Sequence record: SRR22947727_1387
Length of the DNA stretch: 36,543 bases
Direction: 5' to 3' (one strand)
Of the stretch, positions 1-8,347 are shown in pieces. A program made the position numbers and the translations under genes. The notes beneath the pieces were generated by a model that was not told where the DNA came from, did no database searches, and saw only the letters and a program-made list of their open reading frames with translations. How positions within the stretch are numbered: the first letter of the stretch is position 1; every line of letters begins with the position of its first letter.

Positions 1-38
1 CTTTGGTTCTTTAATACTTAAATAACATATAAATCCCT

Positions 39-671
39 ATGAATAATATATTAGATGCTTTAGAATGGCGATACGCTGTCAAAAAATTTGACGATAAAGC
101 AAGCTTAACAGAGCAGCAAATTCTTGAAGTTAAGAAAGTGTTTAACCTAAGCGCTAGTTCTTATGGTTTACAGCCCTATAAAATGATTGTAGTTCAAAAT
201 CCTGAGTTAAAAGAAAAACTAGTCCATGCTAGTTTCGGTCAGCAACAAATTTCACAGTCTGCAGCTATACTTGTTTTTGCTGTTAGAACAGATTTTGGCA
301 TGGATTATATTGACCAATTTTTTAAGGATATGTCTACAAAAAGACAGATACCATTGGAAAATTTAGAGGGATATAAAAACTTTATGAAGGGATCTTTTGC
401 CAATAAATCTGAGGATGAAATTTCATCTTGGGCAACCAAGCAGGTATATTTGACCATGGGACATATGCTAGCTTCTCTAGCTGCCCTTCAAATAGACGCT
501 TGTCCTATGGAAGGTTTAGACCCACAAGCTTATGATAAAATATTGGATTTAGATGCGAAACAACTTAAAACTATTGTAGCTATGCCAATAGGGGTGAGAG
601 CGCCTGACGACGCTTCAGCTACTGCGCTAAAAGTGCGTAAAGACTTGTCAGATATAATTATTGACCTTTAA
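39..671 (+). CDS. NAD(P)H-dependent nitroreductase family protein (NfsB-like)
   Basis: 210 aa; N-terminal WRYAVKKFD, SASSYGLQPY and C-terminal DACPMEG motifs typical of NfsB-type FMN oxidoreductases. Confidence 0.9.
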   Translation: MNNILDALEWRYAVKKFDDKASLTEQQILEVKKVFNLSASSYGLQPYKMIVVQNPELKEKLVHASFGQQQISQSAAILVFAVRTDFGMDYIDQFFKDMSTKRQIPLENLEGYKNFMKGSFANKSEDEISSWATKQVYLTMGHMLASLAALQIDACPMEGLDPQAYDKILDLDAKQLKTIVAMPIGVRAPDDASATALKVRKDLSDIIIDL

Positions 672-687
672 GTAAAAGCTGTTTTAT

Positions 688-1818
688 TTAGTACCCTATA
701 TAATCTACAATTTCTAATCCATAGCCTACCATTCCAACCCTTTTGGTTTGTTGGGCATTGGATAGCAGTTTAATCTTGGATATATTTAAGTCGTGTAAGA
801 TTTGGGCACCCACTCCGTAATCTTTACTGTCCATATCTATTGGTGGGGCCTCTAAAATCCCTTTGGCCTGGTTTTCCTTTAATTGACCTAGTCTAGACAC
901 TAAATTTAAGACAGAGGACTCTTGGTTAATGAAAACCACAGCACCTTTTTCTGCTTGGTTAATGGCCTTAAACATTCGGTCCAATTTTTGGTCAGGATTA
1001 TTAGTCAGTGTACCTAGAATGTCGTTGTTTATTAAGCTTGAGTTAATTCTGGTGAGAATGGGTTCTTCTTTTTTCCAACTTCCTTTTGTAAGTGCTATAT
1101 GCACTTGTTTGTTGGTTGTTTGTTCATAAGCTCTTACCCTAAATTCTCCAAAACGGGTTTGTATGTCAAAATCCTCCTTTTTTTCTATCAGACTGTCGTG
1201 TTCCATTCGGTAAGCGACCAAGTCTTCAATAGAAACAATTTTAAGATCGAACTTTTTAGCTACTTTTAAAAGCTGTGGCAGTCTTGCCATGGTCCCGTCT
1301 TCATTCATGATTTCTACGATAACTCCTGCAGGTGAAAAGCCTCCTAATCTAGCGAAATCAATAGCAGCCTCTGTATGGCCTGTTCGTCTAAGTACCCCTC
1401 CTTCTTTGGCTACTAAAGGAAATATATGCCCTGGTTTAGACAGGTCATTGGGTTTGGTTTTTTTATCTGTTAGTGCTTTGATAGTTTTAGCCCTGTCAAC
1501 GGCAGAAATTCCTGTAGTGACTCCATGCCCTTTTAAATCTACTGAAACCGTAAAGGCAGTCTCCAGCGGATCTGTATTGTTTTGCACCATACGGTGTAGG
1601 GATAGGGATTCGCATCGGCGCTCCGTTAGGGGCGCACATATAAGTCCCCTGCCATGTGTGGCCATGAAATTGATCATGTCTGGTGTAACTGCTTCTGCTG
1701 CGGCTAAAAAATCTCCCTCATTTTCTCTATTCTCGTCATCTACAACGATAATTATTTTTCCAGCTTTTATATCTGCAATGGCACTTTCAATAGTATCTAA
1801 GGCGCTATTCTCTTTCAT
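688..1818 (-). CDS. ribB: 3,4-dihydroxy-2-butanone 4-phosphate synthase with degenerate C-terminal GTP cyclohydrolase II-like domain (RibBX-type)
   Basis: VVDDENRENEGD, GLICAP, TAFTVSVD, TTGISAVDR and RTGHTEA RibB motifs; the C-terminal domain lacks the Zn-binding cysteines of RibA. Confidence 0.93.
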   Translation of the reverse strand: MKENSALDTIESAIADIKAGKIIIVVDDENRENEGDFLAAAEAVTPDMINFMATHGRGLICAPLTERRCESLSLHRMVQNNTDPLETAFTVSVDLKGHGVTTGISAVDRAKTIKALTDKKTKPNDLSKPGHIFPLVAKEGGVLRRTGHTEAAIDFARLGGFSPAGVIVEIMNEDGTMARLPQLLKVAKKFDLKIVSIEDLVAYRMEHDSLIEKKEDFDIQTRFGEFRVRAYEQTTNKQVHIALTKGSWKKEEPILTRINSSLINNDILGTLTNNPDQKLDRMFKAINQAEKGAVVFINQESSVLNLVSRLGQLKENQAKGILEAPPIDMDSKDYGVGAQILHDLNISKIKLLSNAQQTKRVGMVGYGLEIVDYIGY

Positions 1819-1819
1819 C

Positions 1820-3277
1820 TTACTTTCTTTTTCTAACGAATATATTTTTGAAGAAATCTATTATGCTTCCGAATTGGACCATCCCTTTGTCTTCTGTGGC
1901 TCTTTTAGTCAAGAATATCCCTAAAGGAAGCATGACTAGGGTAGGGATCCATGCGCCAAAAAATGGAGATATATTTCCTTCTTTGGCGTAATTATAGGTG
2001 AATACTCCGAGGAAGTAATAGGTTAAAAATAATACAATAGCTATAACCATTGGGAGTCCTAACCCTCCTTTTCTAATAATAGCTCCTAAGGGTGCCCCTA
2101 CAAAAAATAAGACAATGCAGGAGAGTGCAAGGGCGTATTTTTTATGTAATGATAGGGCGTGCATATTGTAAATTTTATACCTGATTAATAGTTCTTTGCG
2201 TTTTGTTTGAATGGTAAGTGCAGACATGGTGATTGTATTAATCGCCTCAGATATTATTTGAGTACCTTGTACGGGAGCGAATTTTGCTAATACATTGTCT
2301 ATAGTAGGTAAACTGTCTAATGGCATAGCTGCAAAAGCAGAATCTTTGGGTGTTTCTAAGGCAATAGTTCTCAGTTGAATCCCCATTCTTTCTGTGATAT
2401 TTTTTGACAATGCCTCCACAATAACTGCATTATTGTTTGTGATGGAATCCATGTCTCTTCTGAGCTCAATGACATTTTTCATCTTATCACTATTTCCTTC
2501 CGTTTGCTCATCCATGTCTACCATATTGAGCTCGGTAAGGTCTATATTGATGGTGTATGTTTCGAAATTAGAGACTGCATATGGATGTTTTTGATGGTTT
2601 TTACTTGTCGTGACACTCAGACTTTCATAGTAGTGTCCATCTTTTAAAACAAGTTTAATGAGATTACTGTTTTCTGAACTGAGTAATTCGCCCTCTTTTG
2701 CTTTAATTACAGTGGTATTGATCTGATTATCAGTTTTTTTATGTATGGTTACATCGCGTAAGTATCGGTCATTTTCTCCATACTTTTCTTGTACAAGAAT
2801 AGTCATGCCTGTGCCTTCAAACTCACTAAATAGTCCCTCGGCAATGGCTACAGCAGGTTTTACTTTAGCAATATTTTTTTTAAGACTATAGGATTTAAGC
2901 TCAGCCGCAGGAATGATTCTGTCTGCAAAATAGAAAGTGACTAAGCCTAAAACACTAACTAATACTATGAGTGTTCTCATAGATCTTTGTAGGGATATTC
3001 CAGAGGCTTTCATGGCGGCAAACTCATAATGCTCTGCAAAGGTTCCAAAAGTTAAAATAGAAGATAAAAGTACTGTTAAGGGAAGTACTTTCTCTGTTAG
3101 ATTTGGTAGGAGGTAAAAAATAAATTTTCCAATAATGACTAGATCCAAGCCTTTTCCTGCTAAATTATCTATATACAACCAAATGGATTGGAAGATGAAT
3201 ATAAACATCAGTATCACAAAAGCACTTAGAAAGTTGTACACAAACCTAGTGAGTATGTATCTGTCTAGAATTCTCAC
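1820..3277 (-). CDS. LptF/LptG family LPS export permease
   Basis: 485 aa; MRILDRYIL start, 3 TM + periplasmic domain + 3 TM; EFAAMKASGISL and FFVGAPLGAIIRKGG motifs. Confidence 0.9.
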   Translation of the reverse strand: MRILDRYILTRFVYNFLSAFVILMFIFIFQSIWLYIDNLAGKGLDLVIIGKFIFYLLPNLTEKVLPLTVLLSSILTFGTFAEHYEFAAMKASGISLQRSMRTLIVLVSVLGLVTFYFADRIIPAAELKSYSLKKNIAKVKPAVAIAEGLFSEFEGTGMTILVQEKYGENDRYLRDVTIHKKTDNQINTTVIKAKEGELLSSENSNLIKLVLKDGHYYESLSVTTSKNHQKHPYAVSNFETYTINIDLTELNMVDMDEQTEGNSDKMKNVIELRRDMDSITNNNAVIVEALSKNITERMGIQLRTIALETPKDSAFAAMPLDSLPTIDNVLAKFAPVQGTQIISEAINTITMSALTIQTKRKELLIRYKIYNMHALSLHKKYALALSCIVLFFVGAPLGAIIRKGGLGLPMVIAIVLFLTYYFLGVFTYNYAKEGNISPFFGAWIPTLVMLPLGIFLTKRATEDKGMVQFGSIIDFFKNIFVRKRK

Positions 3278-3906
3278 TCTTTTATGATGTAGTAACCTAA
3301 GTCAATATATTTTTTCTCCTCAAAAGAAAAAAGATTTGGAGCTAAGTTTGTGTTGGTTTCGTATTTCGTAATAGTGATTGTAGTTTGGGTACCGCTTTTA
3401 CCTGTTTCAATGACTTTATACACTTCCTTTTTTTGGTTGTCAATCCCGAGTAATATATAGGCAATATCTGAGCTACTATCAATTGGAACGAGTTTTATGT
3501 ATTGAATTTTTCTATTTCCAATATTTTGAGCAATGTCCCACTGAAAGCGATAGCCTTCGTTGTAAAAATTCAATATTTTTGCAGGATTCATTTCTGATCC
3601 TGCATTTTCATTGGAGACTATAGTGACCTCTTCATTTTCCGGTACAATAGTATAGGTATTTTTGGTGTCATTTAGTTGAATAATACCCAAATATTCGAAC
3701 CGGTATTTTTCTCCTTTGAGCTGAACCTTTCCTGAAGTTTCTTGGTTTATATTGGCCTCTGCGTTAAAAAGAGTGTAATTAAACTGAAGACTAATATTTT
3801 CTTGTGCCAGTAGCTTGTCTGAAACTTCTTTCAGTAATACCTTGGAGGCATCTTGTGACCAAGCGAATGAGCAAATACTGATTAATAGTAAAAATATCTT
3901 ATTCAT
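3274..3906 (-). CDS. lolA: Outer membrane lipoprotein carrier protein, LolA family
   Basis: Signal peptide MNKIFLLLISICSFAWSQ (ATG at 3906 preferred over 3921, 8-nt overlap with ftsK); beta-rich LolA-like pattern (SGKVQLKGEKYR, PENEEVTI, NPAKIL); classic position downstream of ftsK. Confidence 0.8.
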   Translation of the reverse strand: MNKIFLLLISICSFAWSQDASKVLLKEVSDKLLAQENISLQFNYTLFNAEANINQETSGKVQLKGEKYRFEYLGIIQLNDTKNTYTIVPENEEVTIVSNENAGSEMNPAKILNFYNEGYRFQWDIAQNIGNRKIQYIKLVPIDSSSDIAYILLGIDNQKKEVYKVIETGKSGTQTTITITKYETNTNLAPNLFSFEEKKYIDLGYYIIKE

Positions 3907-6343
3907 TTTTTTGGATTTCATTGTCTAATAATTGTTGTAAACCAATCAGGTCTTGAATGAGTACTTGTCTCGCTTTACTTCCTTCGAATGGGCCTACAAT
4001 TCCAGCAGCTTCCAATTGATCTACTATTCTGCCCGCCCTGTTGTAGCCTAATTTTAATTTTCTCTGGATGAGTGAAGCAGATCCTTGTTGGGCAATCACA
4101 ATAACTTCTGCTGCTTCCCTAAACATGGCATCTCTTTCGGAAATATTATAATCTACTGTACTTGATCCTTCTTCGCCAACATATTCGGGTAGTAAGTACG
4201 CTTCTGGATAAGCTCTTTGAGAACCTATGAAATCTGTGATTTTTTCTACTTCGGGGGTGTCCACAAAAGCACACTGTATTCTGGTGACATCATTCCCTTG
4301 GGTATATAACATATCTCCACGACCAATCAGTTGGTCTGCTCCTTGGCTGTCTAAGATAGTTCTGGAGTCTATTTTTGAAGTTACCCTAAAGGCTATTCTT
4401 GCTGGGAAATTGGCCTTTATAATTCCCGTAATAACGTTTACAGAGGGCCTTTGGGTGGCCACAATAAGGTGAATTCCAATGGCTCTTGCCAACTGTGCCA
4501 AACGCGCAATAGGGGTTTCTACTTCTTTTCCTGCCGTCATAATTAAATCTGCAAATTCGTCTATGACAAGTACTATATAGGGTAGGAATTTATGGCCATC
4601 GTTTGGATTGAGTTTCCTGGCTTTAAATTTAGTGTTGTATTCTTTAATATTACGCACCATAGCGATTTTGAGCAACTCATAGCGGTTGTCCATCTCAATA
4701 CAAAGAGAGTTTAACGTATGAATTACTTTGGTATTGTCTGTTATTATAGCGTCTTCTACATCTGGAAGCTTGGCCAAATAATGCCTTTCAATCTTATTAA
4801 ATAGGGTGAGTTCTACTTTTTTAGGGTCTACTAATACAAATTTCACCTCTGCAGGGTGTTTTTTATAAAGCAGTGAGGTGAGTACGGCGTTTAATCCAAC
4901 AGATTTTCCTTGACCTGTTGCTCCAGCCATTAGCATATGGGGCATTTTGGCTAAATCTACTACAAAGGTTTCGTTTGAAATGGTTTTTCCAAAAGCGATG
5001 GGCAATTCCATGGCGGCATTTTGAAATTTAGCAGAGGCTATTACAGAACGCATTGAAACGGTAGTTGGATTTTTGTTAGGCACTTCAATACCTATAGTTC
5101 CTTTACCAGGTATAGGAGCTATAATTCTAATCCCTAATGCTGCTAAAGATAGGGCAATGTCGTCTTCTAAGTTTTTAATTTTAGAAATTCTAACACCCGC
5201 TTCAGGAACTATTTCATATAGTGTCACCGTGGGTCCTATGGTCGCTTTAATCTGGGCAATTCCAATATTATAATTCTTAAGGGTCTCTACAATTTTAACC
5301 TTGTTTTCTTCTAATTCTTCTTCATTTATAGTAATTCCTGTCTCTCCTCCGTGTTTTTCTAATAGATCTAGGGAAGGAAATTTATAGTTAGAAAGTTCTA
5401 GGGTAGGGTCAAAGGCCCCAAAGTCTTTGAGCAATTGGTTGGATAAATTGTCTGTGCTTTCTTCTTCCTCATCAATAGCGGCTACTTCAATTTCTAAATT
5501 TTCAGGAGCTGAAGCGGACGGTTTTTCTTTTTTAGTGGAAATATCTGATATAGAGAACTCTTTTTCAATGGTATCTAAAGCGGGTTTTACTGCTATATTT
5601 TCTGCAGTAGCAGTTTCATCAATTCTGCCTGATTCCTCTTGCTCATCGCTTTCTTCCATCAGTTTTTGTAATGGAGTTGGCTCATTTATATCTGATCTGT
5701 GGGTATAAGGATCTATTATATTGTTTTCAGTTTTCGCTTCATTCACCATAGGTGTGGGCTTAAAACGGGCAAAAAACCTTCCTAAGGATTGTGGGTTAAA
5801 ATTAAATACCCTCACAATAAAAATGATAAAAAAGATGGAAAGTGACAATGTAAGTCCAGTACTGCCAATATAATCTAAAGCAATATCTTTTATTTCAAAT
5901 CCCATGACACCGCCAAAAATGGGATAGGTATCTGCAGCGAATCCTAATGTGATACTTATAAAGAGAGCGGAATACAATCCCCAAAACCAAATCTTATAAA
6001 GCGATTTTTTTGGTAGACTTAAAAAGATGTAAAACCCACTGATACAGACCAAACTAGATAAAACCAGGGCACTTAGCCCTAATCCTTTATACACAAAAAA
6101 ATAACCAAGTGCTGCACCTAATTTATTAAGGGCATTCTTTGCGGCTACTTCTCGGTCAAGAAAAGCGCTCAAGACGCTTTGGTCTTCTTGCCAATGGTTT
6201 AAAAAGGAAATAAAAGAAATAGACAATGATAAACCAATGACCAAAATAGCAAAGCCAATAATGACTTTGTTTTTTTTTGAAATCTCAAGCTTTAATTTAG
6301 GAGTGCTTTTTTTATGTAGGTGGTCACTTGCCTTTTTAGCCAT
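3899..6343 (-). CDS. ftsK: DNA translocase FtsK
   Basis: N-terminal TM region, acidic linker, Walker A GATGQGKS, Walker B IVLVIDEFADL, ATQRPSV, gamma domain LIQRKLKLGYNRAGRI. Confidence 0.97.
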   Translation of the reverse strand: MAKKASDHLHKKSTPKLKLEISKKNKVIIGFAILVIGLSLSISFISFLNHWQEDQSVLSAFLDREVAAKNALNKLGAALGYFFVYKGLGLSALVLSSLVCISGFYIFLSLPKKSLYKIWFWGLYSALFISITLGFAADTYPIFGGVMGFEIKDIALDYIGSTGLTLSLSIFFIIFIVRVFNFNPQSLGRFFARFKPTPMVNEAKTENNIIDPYTHRSDINEPTPLQKLMEESDEQEESGRIDETATAENIAVKPALDTIEKEFSISDISTKKEKPSASAPENLEIEVAAIDEEEESTDNLSNQLLKDFGAFDPTLELSNYKFPSLDLLEKHGGETGITINEEELEENKVKIVETLKNYNIGIAQIKATIGPTVTLYEIVPEAGVRISKIKNLEDDIALSLAALGIRIIAPIPGKGTIGIEVPNKNPTTVSMRSVIASAKFQNAAMELPIAFGKTISNETFVVDLAKMPHMLMAGATGQGKSVGLNAVLTSLLYKKHPAEVKFVLVDPKKVELTLFNKIERHYLAKLPDVEDAIITDNTKVIHTLNSLCIEMDNRYELLKIAMVRNIKEYNTKFKARKLNPNDGHKFLPYIVLVIDEFADLIMTAGKEVETPIARLAQLARAIGIHLIVATQRPSVNVITGIIKANFPARIAFRVTSKIDSRTILDSQGADQLIGRGDMLYTQGNDVTRIQCAFVDTPEVEKITDFIGSQRAYPEAYLLPEYVGEEGSSTVDYNISERDAMFREAAEVIVIAQQGSASLIQRKLKLGYNRAGRIVDQLEAAGIVGPFEGSKARQVLIQDLIGLQQLLDNEIQKNE

Positions 6344-6362
6344 TGTAGGGTGGTTACTATTT

Positions 6363-6860
6363 TTAAAGTACAGCTAGGGCTGCTTCGTAGTTAGGCTCAT
6401 CTACAATTTCATTGACTTGTTCTGTGTAGATTACTTTTCCATTGGTGTCAATAACAACTACAGCCCTTGAATGTAATGGCGCTAAAGGTCCTTCAGTGAA
6501 ACTTAGTCCGTAGTCACCACCAAATTTTCCTGTTTTAAAATCTGACAGGTTTACTACATTTTCTAATCCTTCTGCACTACAAAACCTGGCTTGGGCAAAT
6601 GGAAGGTCTTTAGAAATACATAGAACAACCGTATTGTCCTTAGCATCACCCATTTTATTAAAAGATCTTACAGATTGAGCACAGGTACCCGTATCTATAC
6701 TTGGAAAAATATTAAGAATGATGTTCTTGCCGCTAAAATTATTTAATGACTTATCAGATAAGTCAGATGCAGTCAGTGAAAAATCTGGTGCATTGCTTCC
6801 TACCTTTGGAAGCGTGCCTATAGTTTGTAATGGAGTTCCTTTTAAGTGTACAGTTGCCAT
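6363..6860 (-). CDS. tpx: Thiol peroxidase (atypical 2-Cys peroxiredoxin)
   Basis: FPSIDTGTCAQS peroxidatic motif, ISKDLPFAQARFC resolving Cys, EPNYEAAL C-terminus. Confidence 0.95.
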   Translation of the reverse strand: MATVHLKGTPLQTIGTLPKVGSNAPDFSLTASDLSDKSLNNFSGKNIILNIFPSIDTGTCAQSVRSFNKMGDAKDNTVVLCISKDLPFAQARFCSAEGLENVVNLSDFKTGKFGGDYGLSFTEGPLAPLHSRAVVVIDTNGKVIYTEQVNEIVDEPNYEAALAVL

Positions 6861-6904
6861 AAGTGAAATTTTAGTCTATAAAAATACGCTATTTGGAGAA
6901 GACC

Positions 6905-6934
6905 AAAAAAAAAATCTCCAATTAGGAGATTTTT
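6905..6934 (-). terminator. Intrinsic terminator downstream of the ahpC-trx-small protein unit
   Basis: Inverted repeat AAAAATCTCC (6910-6919) / GGAGATTTTT (6925-6934); the minus strand ends in a 10-T run. Confidence 0.7.
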
Positions 6935-6986
6935 AATTGATTAAAGGAAATTTACGGTCCTTTTCTATCATTGATTCCTTAGAATA

Positions 6987-7244
6987 TTATTTATCTATAG
7001 CGCCTAAGACCCTTTTCATGAAGTTGTTTAAAGCCTCTTTTTTAGGGGTACCCGCAGTAATAGTTTTTTGTACCTCCACTGCGCCATAAAGGTTTGAAAT
7101 CAATTCTCCTATAAGGTCTAATTCTTCATCTTTTAAAGAAGAAATTTCAGAAATTGATTCAAGGGTTTCAATGGTTTCCTCTAGATAATCAACATCATTT
7201 TCTTCAACAAAAGAAAGCAAATGTTTAATGACTGGCAACTTCAT
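6987..7244 (-). CDS. Small acidic helical protein of unknown function (from recall, resembles the Bacteroidota DUF6952 family)
   Basis: 85 aa, ATG start, overlaps the thioredoxin stop by 20 nt, followed by a terminator; no cysteine; MKLPVIKHL...EELDLIGELISNLYGA...LNNFMKRVLG. Confidence 0.8.
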   Translation of the reverse strand: MKLPVIKHLLSFVEENDVDYLEETIETLESISEISSLKDEELDLIGELISNLYGAVEVQKTITAGTPKKEALNNFMKRVLGAIDK

Positions 7245-7539
7245 TGACTAGTGTTTTAAGAACTTCGTATTTATTGGTTTGTACTTGGTTTAAAAGGGCC
7301 CCACCCGAAAAAGCAGCAAAGGTAGGCAGGTTGTCTACTTGGGCTAACTTTCTAGATTCAGGAAATTTTTCAGCATCGGCAATAACGAATGTTATGGCTT
7401 CATTTTCCTGAGCCTCTTTTTTGAATTTTGGTTTCATGATCCTGCAATTACCACACCAAGTAGCACTGTATTGAACCATTACCTTAGGATTTTGGGCAAT
7501 TATTTCTGCTAGATTGTCTTGTTCTAATTCTACCACCAT
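7225..7539 (-). CDS. Thioredoxin family protein (WCGNC active site)
   Basis: 104 aa thioredoxin fold: YSATWCGNCRIMKP and cis-Pro loop VDNLPTF. Confidence 0.92.
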   Translation of the reverse strand: MVVELEQDNLAEIIAQNPKVMVQYSATWCGNCRIMKPKFKKEAQENEAITFVIADAEKFPESRKLAQVDNLPTFAAFSGGALLNQVQTNKYEVLKTLVNEVASH

Positions 7540-7561
7540 CTTAAAATTATTTAATGAGATT

Positions 7562-7584
7562 AAAGCGGGGCTATTGCCCCGCCT
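7562..7584 (-). terminator. GC-rich hairpin between ahpC and trx (leaky terminator or mRNA-stabilising stem)
   Basis: GCGGGGC (7565-7571) / GCCCCGC (7576-7582) with 4-nt loop; only TTT follows on the minus strand. Confidence 0.5.
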
Positions 7585-7599
7585 AAATTTATTTAAGGC

Positions 7600-8238
7600 T
7601 TAGTGAGAAGCTAAATAATTTGCTACACCGTCTCTATTTGCAGACATAGCCTCTTTTCCTTCTTCCCAATTGGCAGGACATACTTCTCCATTTTTCTGAA
7701 CGTGTGCGTAAGCATCTATTAAACGGATGAATTCTTGTACATTTCTACCAAGAGGCATGTGGTTTATTCCTTCGTGAAAAACAGTTCCTTCTTCATCGAT
7801 TAGATAAGTGGCTCTGTAGGTAACATTGTCTCCCTCTAAAAGTACCACGCCTGAGTTTTCATCGTATTGTTGTTCTGTAGCATCTAATATGTCTAAAACA
7901 GCAGATAAATTTCTGTTGCTGTCTGCTACTAAAGGATAGGTTACTCCTTCAATACCACCGTTGTCTTTTGGAGTGTTTAACCAAGCAAAATGAACTTCTG
8001 CAGTATCACAAGAGGCACCAATAACCATAGTGTTTCTTTTTTCAAAATCTGCAAGTGCATCTTGAAATGCGTGTAATTCTGTTGGACATACAAATGTGAA
8101 GTCCTTTGGATACCAGAATAATAATACTTTTTTGTTGTTCTTTTGGGCTTCCTCTAAAATATTAATTTTAAAGGTGTCACCCATTTCATTCATTGCGTTT
8201 ACGCTTAAATTTGGAAATTTTTTTCCTACAAAGGCCAT
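7600..8238 (-). CDS. ahpC: Typical 2-Cys peroxiredoxin (AhpC/Prx1)
   Basis: YPKDFTFVCPTE and GEVCPANW motifs; ATG at 8238 preferred because the TTG at 8268 lies inside the promoter -7 element. Confidence 0.95.
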   Translation of the reverse strand: MAFVGKKFPNLSVNAMNEMGDTFKINILEEAQKNNKKVLLFWYPKDFTFVCPTELHAFQDALADFEKRNTMVIGASCDTAEVHFAWLNTPKDNGGIEGVTYPLVADSNRNLSAVLDILDATEQQYDENSGVVLLEGDNVTYRATYLIDEEGTVFHEGINHMPLGRNVQEFIRLIDAYAHVQKNGEVCPANWEEGKEAMSANRDGVANYLASH

Positions 8239-8265
8239 AGTTAATTGTTTTGTTATTTGATGCTG

Positions 8266-8273
8266 CAAAAGTA
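8266..8273 (-). promoter_or_regulatory. Bacteroidota sigma-A -7 element (TACTTTTG) for ahpC
   Basis: Exact TAnnTTTG match on the minus strand, 27 nt upstream of the ahpC ATG. Confidence 0.7.
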
Positions 8274-8347
8274 CAACTAACTAAGTCTTATAAAAAACAC
8301 CAGCCTACTTTATAACAATAGGGCTATAAGAAAAATTGATAGGGGAA

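Noticed and set aside
1289..1924. 211-aa + strand ORF antisense to ribB, and the other antisense or alternative-frame ORFs in the track (e.g. 8907-9290, 16827-17306, 30072-30431, 33361-33684)
   Set aside because: They lie almost wholly within strongly recognisable genes, have no motifs, and show the composition typical of shadow ORFs
8239..8268. N-terminal extensions given by the ORF track for ahpC (also lolA, the DUF1624-like gene, leuC and patatin)
   Set aside because: They mostly begin at TTG/GTG codons within promoter or intergenic DNA (or deeper inside the upstream gene for lolA); downstream ATGs match the expected family N-termini
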